From Anaerovibrio sp. (lineage in GTDB: Bacteria; Bacillota; Clostridia; Lachnospirales; Lachnospiraceae), in NCBI GenBank assembly GCA_963624875.1, contig CAVFRZ010000001.1:1-43139 (forward strand): 43,139 nt of DNA. The letters run 5' to 3'. Position numbers and translations under genes: made by a program. Positions 26,492 through 36,508 of this stretch are shown here, piece by piece. The notes beneath the pieces are model-generated. The model made no database searches. It was not told the origin of the DNA and worked only from the letters and a program-made list of their open reading frames with translations. Position 1 is the first letter of the stretch; each line of letters opens with the position of its first letter.

Positions 26492-27781
26492 TTAATCATG
26501 CAAAGGTGTTAATACTGTCTTTCCACCCATATACATCTGAAGTGGCTTCGGAATTGAAACCGATCCATCCGCATGCAGATTATTTTCAAGAAGAGCAATC
26601 AGCATACGAGGAGTAGCTACACACGTGTTGTTCAGTGTATGTGCCAGATACAGCTTTCCATCTGCCCCTTTTACACGAATCCGAAGTCTTCTTGCCTGTG
26701 CATCTCCAAGATTTGAGCAGGATCCCACTTCAAAATACTTTTTCTGCCGGGGTGACCATGCTTCCACATCACAGGATTTAACCTTCAAATCGGCCAGATC
26801 ACCCGAGCAGCACTCCAGCTGACGCACCGGAACATCAAGACTTCTGAAGAAGTCTACGGTGTTCTTCCAGAGCTTTTCATACCACATCATGGATTCTTCC
26901 GGCTTGCATACCACAATCATCTCCTGCTTCTCAAACTGATGAATGCGGTAAACACCTCTTTCCTCGATACCGTGCGCGCCTTTTTCCTTCCGGAAGCAAG
27001 GCGAATAGGATGTCAGTGTCTTCGGAAGTGTATCTTCCGGAAGAATCTGATCGATAAAGGATCCGATCATGGAGTGCTCTGAAGTTCCGATCAGATACAG
27101 ATCCTCTCCCTCGATTTTATACATCATCGCATCCATTTCGGCAAAGCTCATAACTCCGTCCACCACTGCAGAGCGAATCATGAAAGGAGGCACATAATAG
27201 GTAAATCCGCGATCAATCATGAAATCCCGCGCATAAGACAGTACTGCGGAATGAAGTCTCGCAATATCTCCCTTCAGATAGTAGAATCCATTTCCGGCAA
27301 CGCGGCCTGCTGCTTCAAAATCAACGCCATCAAAGCGAGCCATGATATCCGTATGATAAGGAATCTCAAATTCCGGAACAACCGGCTCACCAAAACGCTG
27401 CAACTCCACATTTTCCGAGTCATCCTTACCGATCGGGACCGACGGATCAATGATATTCGGTATAATCATCATATCCTTGCGGACAATGTCAGACGCGTTC
27501 TTCTGAATCTCATCCAACTCCTTCAGACGCGTATCATCCGTCATCTCTTCCTTGAGCTTCATTGCCTCTTCTTTTTTGCCCTGGGCCATGAGCGCACCGA
27601 TCTGTTTGGATGCCTTTTTGCGGTTTGCACGTATTTCATCGGCCTCCTGCTGTGCTTTTCTGGCCTTTGTATCATTTTCAATGACTTCTTCTACTAAAGG
27701 AAGCTTTTCATCCTGGAATTTTTTGCGAATATTCTCTTTTACTGCTTCCGGATTTTCTCTTAAGAATTTGATATCAATCAT
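26492..27781 (-). CDS. serS: Serine--tRNA ligase
   Basis: YLIGTSEH, PCFRKEKG, RIHQFEKQE, EVGSCSN and HTLNNT. Confidence 0.96.
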   Translation of the reverse strand: MIDIKFLRENPEAVKENIRKKFQDEKLPLVEEVIENDTKARKAQQEADEIRANRKKASKQIGALMAQGKKEEAMKLKEEMTDDTRLKELDEIQKNASDIVRKDMMIIPNIIDPSVPIGKDDSENVELQRFGEPVVPEFEIPYHTDIMARFDGVDFEAAGRVAGNGFYYLKGDIARLHSAVLSYARDFMIDRGFTYYVPPFMIRSAVVDGVMSFAEMDAMMYKIEGEDLYLIGTSEHSMIGSFIDQILPEDTLPKTLTSYSPCFRKEKGAHGIEERGVYRIHQFEKQEMIVVCKPEESMMWYEKLWKNTVDFFRSLDVPVRQLECCSGDLADLKVKSCDVEAWSPRQKKYFEVGSCSNLGDAQARRLRIRVKGADGKLYLAHTLNNTCVATPRMLIALLENNLHADGSVSIPKPLQMYMGGKTVLTPLHD

Positions 27782-27848
27782 TTTTTCTCCTTTTCCGCTC
27801 TTGCGGTTTCACCTATTGCAGCTACTTCGAAGTGCAGCCACTCTCAAA

Positions 27849-27864
27849 TGTTTCACGTGGAACA
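27849..27864. promoter_or_regulatory. parS site
   Basis: TGTTTCACGTGGAACA matches the consensus TGTTNCACGTGAAACA. Confidence 0.9.
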
Positions 27865-27892
27865 CTTCTGCGATTCATGATCATGTAATGTG

Positions 27893-28411
27893 TTATTTTT
27901 GACGCTTTCTCGGACCCGCACTTCTCTGATCCAGTGCCATATCAACGGCCTGCTGTTCCTCATCGGTATACGCAACATCACTCTTTCCGTTGTGAACAGC
28001 CTTCACATATGAATAGCAGCCATCTACATTTTGCACGGTATTTAACATAATTCCATTGTTATCCTGATCCAGCAAGACAATGACAGAGCTCAGGTTTCCA
28101 CCCATCTGGCTGAAAGCATCGTACTTTACAACTCCTGTTTTCTGTATAACGCCATGAAGTCTGCGGTATATATTACGTATATCGCCCGTATTGCTTTCAA
28201 GCTGTTTATTAATTCCTTCGTAATTGTCCAGAATCTTTACCAGCATTTCTTCCAGGCTCTCGCCATCAGACCCTGCAGATAAATTGTAAAGCCGATCGTC
28301 AAGCTTTCTTAGCTTCATTCCCTGCAAAATAATAAATACCATCAGTACAATAACAGTAAGGATTAAAACAATAACAATAATATCAATTGCTGACCCAAAT
28401 ATTATACTCAT
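27893..28411 (-). CDS. DUF4446 family membrane protein
   Basis: N-terminal transmembrane helix and K.GVVKYDAF..MGG.LS motif. Usual position downstream of parB. Confidence 0.75.
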   Translation of the reverse strand: MSIIFGSAIDIIVIVLILTVIVLMVFIILQGMKLRKLDDRLYNLSAGSDGESLEEMLVKILDNYEGINKQLESNTGDIRNIYRRLHGVIQKTGVVKYDAFSQMGGNLSSVIVLLDQDNNGIMLNTVQNVDGCYSYVKAVHNGKSDVAYTDEEQQAVDMALDQRSAGPRKRQK

Positions 28412-28421
28412 ATCCGCCTTT

Positions 28422-29411
28422 CTACATTATTTTATCCATTATTTTTTCAAGATCTTCCTGATTTTCAAAGGAAATCTCTATGCTCCCCCGCTTTTTCCCT
28501 TTATCCTTGATTGAGACCTTCATTCCAAGTGCAGCGTTCATTTTTGACGCAAGATCTTTATATATCAACTGGAGAGACGGATCTTTTTCTTCCTTTTTCT
28601 CTGTTTTTTTTCTGCCAAGAAGCTGTATAGCCCGTTCTGTTTCACGAACACTCAGCTTTTTTTCAACAATTTCCTGTGCAAGCGCAACCTGTATTGCTTC
28701 ATCTTCAACAGCAAGCAGTGCCCGTGCATGCCCCATGGAGAGCAGTCCCTCAACGACCATCTCCTGTACCTTGGATGGAAGCTTTAAAAGCCGCATGGAG
28801 TTTGCAATGGATGAACGATTCTTCGAAACTCGCTCTGCAAGCTCGTCCTGCTTCAGGTGAAATTCATCAATCAGTCTTCTGTATGCATTTGCCTCTTCAA
28901 TTGGATTCAGGTTTTCTCTCTGTATATTTTCAATCAGAGAAATTTCAACCCGTTCTCTATCCTTATAATCCTTAACAATTACCGGAATTTCCTTCAGGCC
29001 GGCCAGCTTACACGCTCTCCATCTTCTTTCTCCGGCAATAATTTCATAGTGATCCGCAAAACTCTGCACAATAATCGGTTCAAGAAGGCCTTTATTTTTG
29101 ATTGAATCTGAAAGTTCCTGAAGCTTTTCCGGATCAAAGGACTTTCTTGGTTGATTTCGATTTGGTTCCACCTTCGTTAAACGAACCATTGTAACCAGAT
29201 TTTCTTCCTGTTTATCTTTTGTGACTGCAGATAAAGCATTGGAATTATCGTCGGAACCTGCAGCAGCTTTCTTTTTACCGGCGTTTGATGTTTTCTGCTC
29301 ATGCGTTAATCCGTCACCGGATTGTTCATCATTTTGATTGTCCTGTTCCGGTTCTTCATTCACAGGGATCAACACATCCAACCCTCTCCCCAAACCTCTG
29401 TGTTTCTTCAT
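28422..29411 (-). CDS. parB: Chromosome partitioning protein ParB/Spo0J
   Basis: RGLGRGL, PNRNQPRK, IIAGERRWRA, ENIQRENL and GHARALL. Confidence 0.95.
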   Translation of the reverse strand: MKKHRGLGRGLDVLIPVNEEPEQDNQNDEQSGDGLTHEQKTSNAGKKKAAAGSDDNSNALSAVTKDKQEENLVTMVRLTKVEPNRNQPRKSFDPEKLQELSDSIKNKGLLEPIIVQSFADHYEIIAGERRWRACKLAGLKEIPVIVKDYKDRERVEISLIENIQRENLNPIEEANAYRRLIDEFHLKQDELAERVSKNRSSIANSMRLLKLPSKVQEMVVEGLLSMGHARALLAVEDEAIQVALAQEIVEKKLSVRETERAIQLLGRKKTEKKEEKDPSLQLIYKDLASKMNAALGMKVSIKDKGKKRGSIEISFENQEDLEKIMDKIM

Positions 29412-29441
29412 ATCGTATTAACCTTTCTTTATAAGCGGCTA

Positions 29442-30203
29442 TCAATGTCCTTCCAGAACCTCTTCTGCCAGGGATCGATATGCCTCGGCTCCAACCGACC
29501 TCGGATCATATATGGTTATCGGCTCTCCATAGCTTGGAGCCTCTGCGAGACGCACATTGCGCGGAATCATTGTTTTATAGATATGCTGCGTTACGTGTTC
29601 TTTGACGTTCTCAACCACCTGCTGTGATAGATTTGTTCTGGAATCGTACATTGTAAATACAATGCCCTCTATATCGAGTTTTTTGTTTAAGCGTTCCCGA
29701 ACCAGATTTACGGTATGAATAAGCTGACTTAATCCCTCCAACGCATAGAATTCACACTGAATGGGAACGAGAACGGTGTCAGAGGCAACCATTGCATTTA
29801 CTGTCAGTATGTTTAGAGAAGGCGGGCAATCAATCAGGATAAAATCGTAATCATCCCTGACGAAATCCAATTCTTTTTTCAGAATTCCTTCTTTGTGAAT
29901 TTTATCGATCAGTTCAATTTCTGCACCGGCAAGATTAACGTTGGATGGAATCAGGTCAATATTAGGAATCACATCATGTATGATTGCCTCATTGATCGTT
30001 GAATAACCAAGAATCAATTCATATATAGTGTCTTCCTTTTGATTTTTATCCACACCAAAGCCACTGGACGTATTTCCCTGCGGATCAATGTCAATAATAA
30101 GAACTTTTTTCCCTTTTTCTGCGATTGCAGCTGACAGATTAATGGTTGTTGTAGTCTTTCCTACCCCACCCTTCTGATTTGCTACGGAAATAATTTTCCC
30201 CAT
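29442..30203 (-). CDS. parA: Chromosome partitioning ATPase ParA/Soj
   Basis: NQKGGVGKTTT, DIDPQGN, DCPPSL, QCEFYALEG and RLAEAPS. Alternative TTG start at 30212. Confidence 0.95.
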   Translation of the reverse strand: MGKIISVANQKGGVGKTTTTINLSAAIAEKGKKVLIIDIDPQGNTSSGFGVDKNQKEDTIYELILGYSTINEAIIHDVIPNIDLIPSNVNLAGAEIELIDKIHKEGILKKELDFVRDDYDFILIDCPPSLNILTVNAMVASDTVLVPIQCEFYALEGLSQLIHTVNLVRERLNKKLDIEGIVFTMYDSRTNLSQQVVENVKEHVTQHIYKTMIPRNVRLAEAPSYGEPITIYDPRSVGAEAYRSLAEEVLEGH

Positions 30204-30277
30204 TCCATTCAATCCTTCCGTATAAATAATTCGCCTGTGGTGTCTACTATTTTTTCTCCACAGGCAGTAGACTCATA

Positions 30278-30437
30278 GTAACATTTTAAGATATCAGGGT
30301 CAAAATATCTTTTGTTGTAATACAGTTTTCATTTTGCTCATGTGGCGTTCCTGCCTTGGCCGTCTGCTGATTTCAATCGTGAATTTCCCTGAAAACAGCG
30401 GGTTTACGTTGAAATAGGACAGGTGCTGAACAATTAC
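30278..30437 (+). repeat. Chimeric ~160-bp copy of the repeat family
   Basis: Right half (gccttggcc..atttcaatcgtgaat..acgttgaaat..ggtgctgaacaattac) matches the 22469 copy. Central ttttgctcatgtggcgttc matches the 31888 copy. Left terminus is degenerate. Confidence 0.8.
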
Positions 30438-30465
30438 ATTTTGCTTAGCTCTGAATAATTACAAA

Positions 30466-30481
30466 TGTTCCACGTGGAACA
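30466..30481. promoter_or_regulatory. parS site (perfect palindrome)
   Basis: TGTTCCACGTGGAACA. Confidence 0.92.
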
Positions 30482-30541
30482 TTTACTCATGCTCAAACAT
30501 GAAGCCATAATGTCTATTCCTTTATAAGGGGGATTAATTAT

Positions 30542-31888
30542 ATGAAACGTTTTAATCAAAGTATAACCAGCGAAGTTCTGCAAATGGCCTGGCCTGCCGT
30601 ATGTGAATCTTTTTTTATTGCTTTGGCCGGTATGGTGGATTCCCTGATGGTTAGTTCACTGGGGGCAAGTGCGGTCGCAGCAGTTGGATTGACAACACAG
30701 CCTAAATTTATGGGATTTGCTTTATTTTTTGCAATGAATGTATCGGTATCTGCATTGGTTGCGCGCCGAAGAGGCGAGGATAGGAAAAACTCCGCAAACG
30801 AAATTCTTCTTACCTCTATTCTATTTGTAATAGTCGCCGCAGCCGTAATTTCTACCGTCTGTGTTACATGTGCAAATCCGATCATCTCATTTTGCGGCTC
30901 TACGGCCGAGACGCACGCACAGGCTGTAATTTACTATCGAATTATAATGGGTTGTATGATCTTCAGTGCTCTATCCATGGTAATAAACGCTGCACAGCGA
31001 GGCTCGGGCAACACGATGATAGCAATGCGAACCAACATCGTATCCAATCTCGTGAATATTGTATGTAATTATTTGCTGATACAGGGGCACTTCGGATTTC
31101 CCGCTCTTGGAATAGCCGGAGCTGCGATTGCAACTGTTATAGGAACAATCATTGCCTGCATTATGAGTTTCTGCTCATTGTTCAAACATAACAGTTTTAT
31201 AAGTGCACATTACCTTATAAGGGAAAAGCTGCGTCCAACAGCTGAGTCCATCATTTCCATTGTAAAGCTGGGACTATCCGTATTCATTGAACAGGTTTTG
31301 ATGCGCGTTGGTTTTATGTCCACTGCGATGATGGCTGCAAAGATGGGAACCTATGCTTTAGCCGCCCACCAGGTAGGAATGAATATTCTGGGCCTTACAT
31401 TTTCATTTGGAGACGGTATGCAGGTAGCTGCTGTTGCATTAATTGGCAGAAGCCTCGGAGAGAGAAGACCGGATAAGGCATTAAAATACGGAAAAACCTG
31501 CCAGCACATCGGATTATGCATCTCATGCTGTCTTGCGCTCATCTATTTCTTTGGAGGTGAGACCCTCTATCGTCTTTTCTTTGAAGAAAAAGAAATTGTC
31601 GCTATCGGTGTAGACATCATAAGAACCATTATCATCATTGTTCTTTTCCAGGTTTCACAGGTTATTTACATGGGTTGTCTTCGTGGCGCAGGGGACACTG
31701 TTTATACAGCAATTGCTTCTACGATCAGCGTAACCATCGTTCGCACTGCTGCTTCATACTTTTTTGGATTTGTTCTTGGTTTCGGAATGGTTGGAATCTG
31801 GATGGGTGTTTTGGCAGATCAGATGTGCCGCTTTGTATTTGCCTCCGTTCGTTATCGTATCGGAAAATGGACGAGGATAAAGATATAG
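30542..31888 (+). CDS. MATE family efflux transporter
   Basis: About 12 hydrophobic segments, VDSLMVSSLG..AVAAVG, RGSGNT, LGIAGAAIAT and LRGAGDT. SD AAGGGGG. Confidence 0.9.
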   Translation: MKRFNQSITSEVLQMAWPAVCESFFIALAGMVDSLMVSSLGASAVAAVGLTTQPKFMGFALFFAMNVSVSALVARRRGEDRKNSANEILLTSILFVIVAAAVISTVCVTCANPIISFCGSTAETHAQAVIYYRIIMGCMIFSALSMVINAAQRGSGNTMIAMRTNIVSNLVNIVCNYLLIQGHFGFPALGIAGAAIATVIGTIIACIMSFCSLFKHNSFISAHYLIREKLRPTAESIISIVKLGLSVFIEQVLMRVGFMSTAMMAAKMGTYALAAHQVGMNILGLTFSFGDGMQVAAVALIGRSLGERRPDKALKYGKTCQHIGLCISCCLALIYFFGGETLYRLFFEEKEIVAIGVDIIRTIIIIVLFQVSQVIYMGCLRGAGDTVYTAIASTISVTIVRTAASYFFGFVLGFGMVGIWMGVLADQMCRFVFASVRYRIGKWTRIKI

Positions 31889-32045
31889 TAGCTATTCAGG
31901 TATTTGTTACTGTAAAAATCCTGGACAATGTCTATGCTAGCTCGCTCGTGTAGACATTGTCCAGGATTTTATTTGGTGAGAACGCCACATGAGCAAAAGA
32001 GAAGCTTTGCAGCTGCGATTTTGCGAATGGGCGCTGAATAGTTAC
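31888..32045 (-). repeat. Full-length 158-bp repeat copy containing a 20-bp perfect stem (possible terminator for the convergent MATE/rsmG genes)
   Basis: Termini gtagctattcag and gggcgctgaatagttac. Stem aaaatcctggacaatgtcta (31915-31934) pairs with tagacattgtccaggatttt (31951-31970). Confidence 0.8.
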
Positions 32046-32097
32046 TTTGTGGCAATGCCTGTATGAGCAGGCATTGTGGTTTTAGCAACTGCCGTAA

Positions 32098-32847
32098 TTA
32101 CACTCCCAACGGTTCTTTTGCAGGTGTTCCCGCTTTTCTTGGGTATCTTTTCCCGGTACTCTCCTTCTTCGTATAGGTAAGAATTGTTCTCCGATAATCC
32201 GTCTCAGGAAGATAGAAAGAAAACTCCCTTGTCAGTTTTGCTCCGAGAATGGCAGCTGCTTTATTTCCGGAAGGGACTTCCTCCGATACCTTATCGCCCT
32301 TATAAGCAATAAATTTTCCACCGATCTTTGTAAACGGAATACAATACTCTGATAGCGTGCTGAGATTTGCAACTGCGCGAGACACAACTATATCGTACTG
32401 TTCCCGATATTTCACGTTATGTGCTAACTCTTCCGCTCTTGAATGTATACAAGTGACATTGGTCAGTCCAAGCTTTTGGACCGTATCTTCCAGGAACTTT
32501 ATACGCTTGTTCAAGGAATCCATCAATGTAACATGAATATTAGGGAATGCAATTGCAATTGGAATTCCCGGAAATCCTGCACCGGTTCCAACATCGATAA
32601 GCCGAATAACATTATCATCCCCACAAATTGTTTCACGTGGAACACTGGTAAGTAAAGAATAGCTATCCAGGAAGTGCTTCGTATAGACATCCTCTTCTTC
32701 TGTAATGGCAGTAAGATTCATCACCTTATTCCATTCCAGAAGATTATCATAGAATATACGCAGCTGATGAATCTGATTCTCTGTAAGTGTAAAATCAGCA
32801 ATAAACTGTTCCAGTCTGTCTAAAAATTGCTCCTCTGCCTTTGTCAT
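32098..32847 (-). CDS. rsmG: 16S rRNA m7G527 methyltransferase
   Basis: NLTAI, KHFLDS, DVGTGAGFPG, SRAVA and YPRKAG. Confidence 0.95.
   Translation of the reverse strand: MTKAEEQFLDRLEQFIADFTLTENQIHQLRIFYDNLLEWNKVMNLTAITEEEDVYTKHFLDSYSLLTSVPRETICGDDNVIRLIDVGTGAGFPGIPIAIAFPNIHVTLMDSLNKRIKFLEDTVQKLGLTNVTCIHSRAEELAHNVKYREQYDIVVSRAVANLSTLSEYCIPFTKIGGKFIAYKGDKVSEEVPSGNKAAAILGAKLTREFSFYLPETDYRRTILTYTKKESTGKRYPRKAGTPAKEPLGV
32629..32644. promoter_or_regulatory. parS site inside the rsmG coding sequence
   Basis: TGTTTCACGTGGAACA, identical to the 27849 site. Confidence 0.85.
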
Positions 32848-34781
32848 TATACCGAAGACTCCTCTTTATACTTCTCAATATAGATTAATAAAACAGCAAT
32901 ATCTGCCGGAGTAACACCTGACATTCGAGATGCCTGCCCGATCGACGACGGCTGCAGCGCTTTCAGCTTCTGGCGAGCCTCCAGGCGAAGGCTGGTTACA
33001 TCATCATAATCAATGCCTGAAGGAATCCGTTTGTTTTCGAGTTTATTAAACTCTTCAACCTGCTTGCATTGCCTCTGAATATATCCTTCATATTTCAGAT
33101 TGATCTCAACCTGTTCCGTTACCGCCTCAGGAAGCTCCGGACGCTCCGGATCCAATCCCTTTAATTTCGAATAGCTAAGCTCCGGTCTGCACAAAAGTTC
33201 CGCAAGAGAAACAGCAGTTTTTAACGGTGTAGAGCCAATACTCGCAAGATATTCCTGATTTTTGGCAGCAGCACCGACATACACAGATCGAAGACGTTCC
33301 ATTTCCTCAGAAATCAAAACTTCCTTTCGGCACACATAGTCGTATTGCTCCCTGCTGATCAGGCCAACCTCGTACCCGTATTTACGAAGCCGAAGATCCG
33401 CATTATCCTGCCGAAGAAGGAGCCGATATTCCGCACGACTGGTCATCATTCGATACGGCTCTCGATTGTCCTTGCTGACAAGATCATCAATTAAGACTCC
33501 GATATAGCTCTCTGATCGTTTCAAAATAAGAGGATCCTTCCCCTTTAACTTCTGAGATGCATTAATACCGGCCAGAAGCCCCTGTGCAGCCGCTTCCTCA
33601 TATCCACTGCTTCCATTGAACTGTCCTGCACAAAACAGTCCATCCACCGCTTTTAATTCCAAAGAAAGTTTTAAATCATTTGCATTAATACAATCATACT
33701 CAATTGCATATGCATTTTTTACAATTCGGCAGTTTTCAAGTCCCGGAACGGTTCGGTACATTCTCTGCTGCACATCATCCGGCATAGAGCTGGACATTCC
33801 ATCCACATAAACCTCATTGGTTGAACGTCCCTCCGGCTCAATAAATACCTGATGTCTCGTCTTTTCAGAAAATTTAACAATTTTATCCTCAATAGACGGA
33901 CAATATCTGGGGCCGGTTCCCTCAATAATTCCTGCATAAATCGGTGACCGATCCAGATTTTGACGAATTATTTCATGCGTATCCTCGTTCGTATAGGTAA
34001 GCCAGCAGGGAACCTGCTCAATCTGTACATCCTTTGGATCCGTCGAATAAGAAAACGGTACTACCCTCTCGTCACCCTTCTGAATGGTCATTTTCGAATA
34101 ATCAAGGCTTCTTCCATCCATTCTTGCAGGGGTTCCTGTCTTAAACCGGCGAAGCGAAATTCCCATTTCCCGAAGAGTCTGTGAAAGAAATGTCGACCGT
34201 TGCATACCGGACGGTCCAGTTTCAGTTATGGCAGAACCGACAAGACATCGTGCATTCAGATATGTCCCGGTACATATAATAGCTGCTCTGCAGGTATAAA
34301 TGGTCCCCTGCTGCAGCTGCACTCCGGTAACTCTTCGATAATCAGCACCGTTGGCATCCTTCACAATCTCAGTGTAAATATTCGAGACCTCTCCCTGCCT
34401 GATTTCCAGGTTTTCCTGATTCTCCAGAACCCTTTGCATGCTTCTGGAATACTCCGCCTTGTCAGCCTGCGTGCGAAGCGAATGTACGGCAGGACCCTTC
34501 GACTTATTCAGCATTTTGGACTGAATGAAGGTCTTATCTATATTTTTTCCCATTTCTCCGCCAAGAGCATCGATTTCACGCACGAGATGTCCCTTGGAGG
34601 AACCACCGATATGAGGATTGCACGGCATCATGGCAATGCTGTCAACATTCATTGTAAAAATAACGGTTCGCCAGCCATTTCTGGCAGCAGCAAGAGCTGC
34701 CTCGCATCCCGCATGACCTGCCCCAATCACACATACATCAGTATCTATGCAATATGAATGCTCTTGATCAATTTCACACAA
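32847..34781 (-). CDS. mnmG: tRNA uridine-5-carboxymethylaminomethyl modification enzyme
   Basis: [46 protein letters not shown] and [17 protein letters not shown] start. Confidence 0.96.
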   Translation of the reverse strand: MCEIDQEHSYCIDTDVCVIGAGHAGCEAALAAARNGWRTVIFTMNVDSIAMMPCNPHIGGSSKGHLVREIDALGGEMGKNIDKTFIQSKMLNKSKGPAVHSLRTQADKAEYSRSMQRVLENQENLEIRQGEVSNIYTEIVKDANGADYRRVTGVQLQQGTIYTCRAAIICTGTYLNARCLVGSAITETGPSGMQRSTFLSQTLREMGISLRRFKTGTPARMDGRSLDYSKMTIQKGDERVVPFSYSTDPKDVQIEQVPCWLTYTNEDTHEIIRQNLDRSPIYAGIIEGTGPRYCPSIEDKIVKFSEKTRHQVFIEPEGRSTNEVYVDGMSSSMPDDVQQRMYRTVPGLENCRIVKNAYAIEYDCINANDLKLSLELKAVDGLFCAGQFNGSSGYEEAAAQGLLAGINASQKLKGKDPLILKRSESYIGVLIDDLVSKDNREPYRMMTSRAEYRLLLRQDNADLRLRKYGYEVGLISREQYDYVCRKEVLISEEMERLRSVYVGAAAKNQEYLASIGSTPLKTAVSLAELLCRPELSYSKLKGLDPERPELPEAVTEQVEINLKYEGYIQRQCKQVEEFNKLENKRIPSGIDYDDVTSLRLEARQKLKALQPSSIGQASRMSGVTPADIAVLLIYIEKYKEESSV

Positions 34782-34875
34782 AGTAATATTCCTCTATCAC
34801 AGTATTTTCCGCGCGCTGCAGGCAATATGCAGCGTTTACAGTATTTTAATTCCCATCCGGGGTGGTCGAGACTTT

Positions 34876-36321
34876 TTATTTTCCAAGGCAAAACCTGCTG
34901 AAAATTTCTTCCACAAGATCGTCCTCAACCTCTTCACCGATGACTTTACCAAGTGATGAATAAGCGTTCCTCAGATCTATAGAGAAAAAGTCCTCACTCA
35001 TCCCCATTTCTATACTCTCCTGCACCAGTTCCAGAGAGTGAATGGCCTCTCGAATGGAATTTTTCTGAAACGCAGCAGAAACAAATGGCTCATTGGAATT
35101 CAGAACCGTATCGAATTGGAACAATTCCTCAATTGTGAGCCTGAGTCTCTCCAACACTGAATCATAATAAGCGGAATTCGAATGAAGAAGAGAAGTCTCT
35201 ATCACACGTACCCTCTCCCCCTGCAGAAGACTCTTCGTTTCTTCCTCACCAATGCTCGAAGGCAAATCAGATTTGTTTTTTATTACAATACCACATTTTC
35301 CGGCATCGATTTCTTTCTGAACAATGGATGCAATTTCCAGATCTTCTTTAGAAATGTCAGCCGACGAGTCCAGAACAAATAAAATCAGCTGAGAATCCTC
35401 CAATGCCTTTTTGGCTCTCTCGACACCGATTTTCTCCACCTCATCTTCAGTTTCACGAATACCGGCGGTATCCGTTACATGGAGCAAAATATCACCCAAA
35501 CGGATTGTTTCGCAGAGTGTATCCCTCGTCGTTCCGGCAATGGATGTAACAATGGCACGTTCTTCACCCGCCATTGCATTCATGAGTGATGACTTTCCGG
35601 CATTAGGCTTTCCTATAATCACTGTACGAATTCCTTCCTTCAAGACACTTCCCTGCTCCGAACGACGAAGAAATCCGCAAAGCTCTCTATGAATATCCGT
35701 GCAAATATTCGAAAGTCTGGATAGATACCCTTCCAGAGAATAGTTTTCCGGATCATCCAGTGCCGATTCAATAAAGGCTATTTCGTACAGGACCCTTCCG
35801 CGGAGCTCCTTTATTTTTCCGGAAACGCTTCCCTGCAGCTGATGAAGGCTTACCTTTCTGGCAAATTCATTTTGCGCATGAATCAAATCCATAACTGCGC
35901 CGGCCTCGGATAAATCCATCCGTCCGCCTAAAAAGGCTCTTTTAGTAAATTCCCCCGGTTCAGCCAGTCTTGCTCCGCAGCACAGAACCGCATCCAGGAC
36001 ACGGTTTAAAATAAAGCGCCCCCCATGCGTGTTAATCTCTGCAGTATCCTCTGTTGTATAGCTGTGGGGCGCCTTCATCCAGGAAACAAGCACCTCATCA
36101 ATCACTTCCTCATCCTGCAAAGGATCAATAATCACTCCGTAATGAATGGTATTCGGCTTCCATTCCTTTTTAGGCATCCCGGATCTTGTTCTGTACAGAC
36201 AATGCAAAATTCGTTCTGCATCCGGACCACTTACTCTGATAATGCCAATTCCGGCTTCCGAAGTACCGGTTGCAATAGCGGCAATCGTGTCTTTTTGATC
36301 TCTATCAAAGGTAAGTGCCAT
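34876..36321 (-). CDS. mnmE: tRNA modification GTPase
   Basis: DTIAAIAT, GEFTKRAF, GKPNAGKSS, GTTRD, DTAG, NKSD and C-terminal FCLGK. Start ATG 36321 follows an AGGAG SD. Confidence 0.96.
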   Translation of the reverse strand: MALTFDRDQKDTIAAIATGTSEAGIGIIRVSGPDAERILHCLYRTRSGMPKKEWKPNTIHYGVIIDPLQDEEVIDEVLVSWMKAPHSYTTEDTAEINTHGGRFILNRVLDAVLCCGARLAEPGEFTKRAFLGGRMDLSEAGAVMDLIHAQNEFARKVSLHQLQGSVSGKIKELRGRVLYEIAFIESALDDPENYSLEGYLSRLSNICTDIHRELCGFLRRSEQGSVLKEGIRTVIIGKPNAGKSSLMNAMAGEERAIVTSIAGTTRDTLCETIRLGDILLHVTDTAGIRETEDEVEKIGVERAKKALEDSQLILFVLDSSADISKEDLEIASIVQKEIDAGKCGIVIKNKSDLPSSIGEEETKSLLQGERVRVIETSLLHSNSAYYDSVLERLRLTIEELFQFDTVLNSNEPFVSAAFQKNSIREAIHSLELVQESIEMGMSEDFFSIDLRNAYSSLGKVIGEEVEDDLVEEIFSRFCLGK

Positions 36322-36341
36322 TTTTTCTCCTACACTTAAAA

Positions 36342-36384
36342 CCGCATCGAGGTTTTCCGAAGGAAAATCAAGATGCTTGCTGAA
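36342..36384 (-). repeat. Partial copy (left part) of the repeat family
   Basis: Reverse complement ttcagcaagcatcttgattttccttcggaaaacctcgatgcgg aligns with 22476-22518. Confidence 0.75.
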
Positions 36385-36440
36385 AGAACCATGCCTGCTC
36401 GAGCAGGCACCATCACAAATACAAATCAGGTAACTATCAT

Positions 36441-36485
36441 ATCGTAAAAAAGAGGCCTGCACAAACGCAGACCTCTTTTTACGAT
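36441..36485. terminator. Bidirectional-type terminator after jag
   Basis: atcgtaaaaaagagg-c-ctgc ... gcag-a-cctctttttacgat inverted repeat with A/T tracts. Confidence 0.7.
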
Positions 36486-36508
36486 GAGTTAAAAATTATT
36501 CAGCCACA

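Noticed and set aside
27782..27892. T-box riboswitch upstream of serS
   Set aside because: The intergenic region is only about 110 bp, with no T-box consensus or terminator visible.
28638..28653. tgtttcacgaacact inside parB as a fourth parS
   Set aside because: Only one half-site matches; the right half deviates strongly from the consensus.
36322..36462. 47-aa N-terminal extension of MnmE in the ORF track
   Set aside because: It runs through a repeat copy and a terminator. Homology and an SD support the start at 36321.
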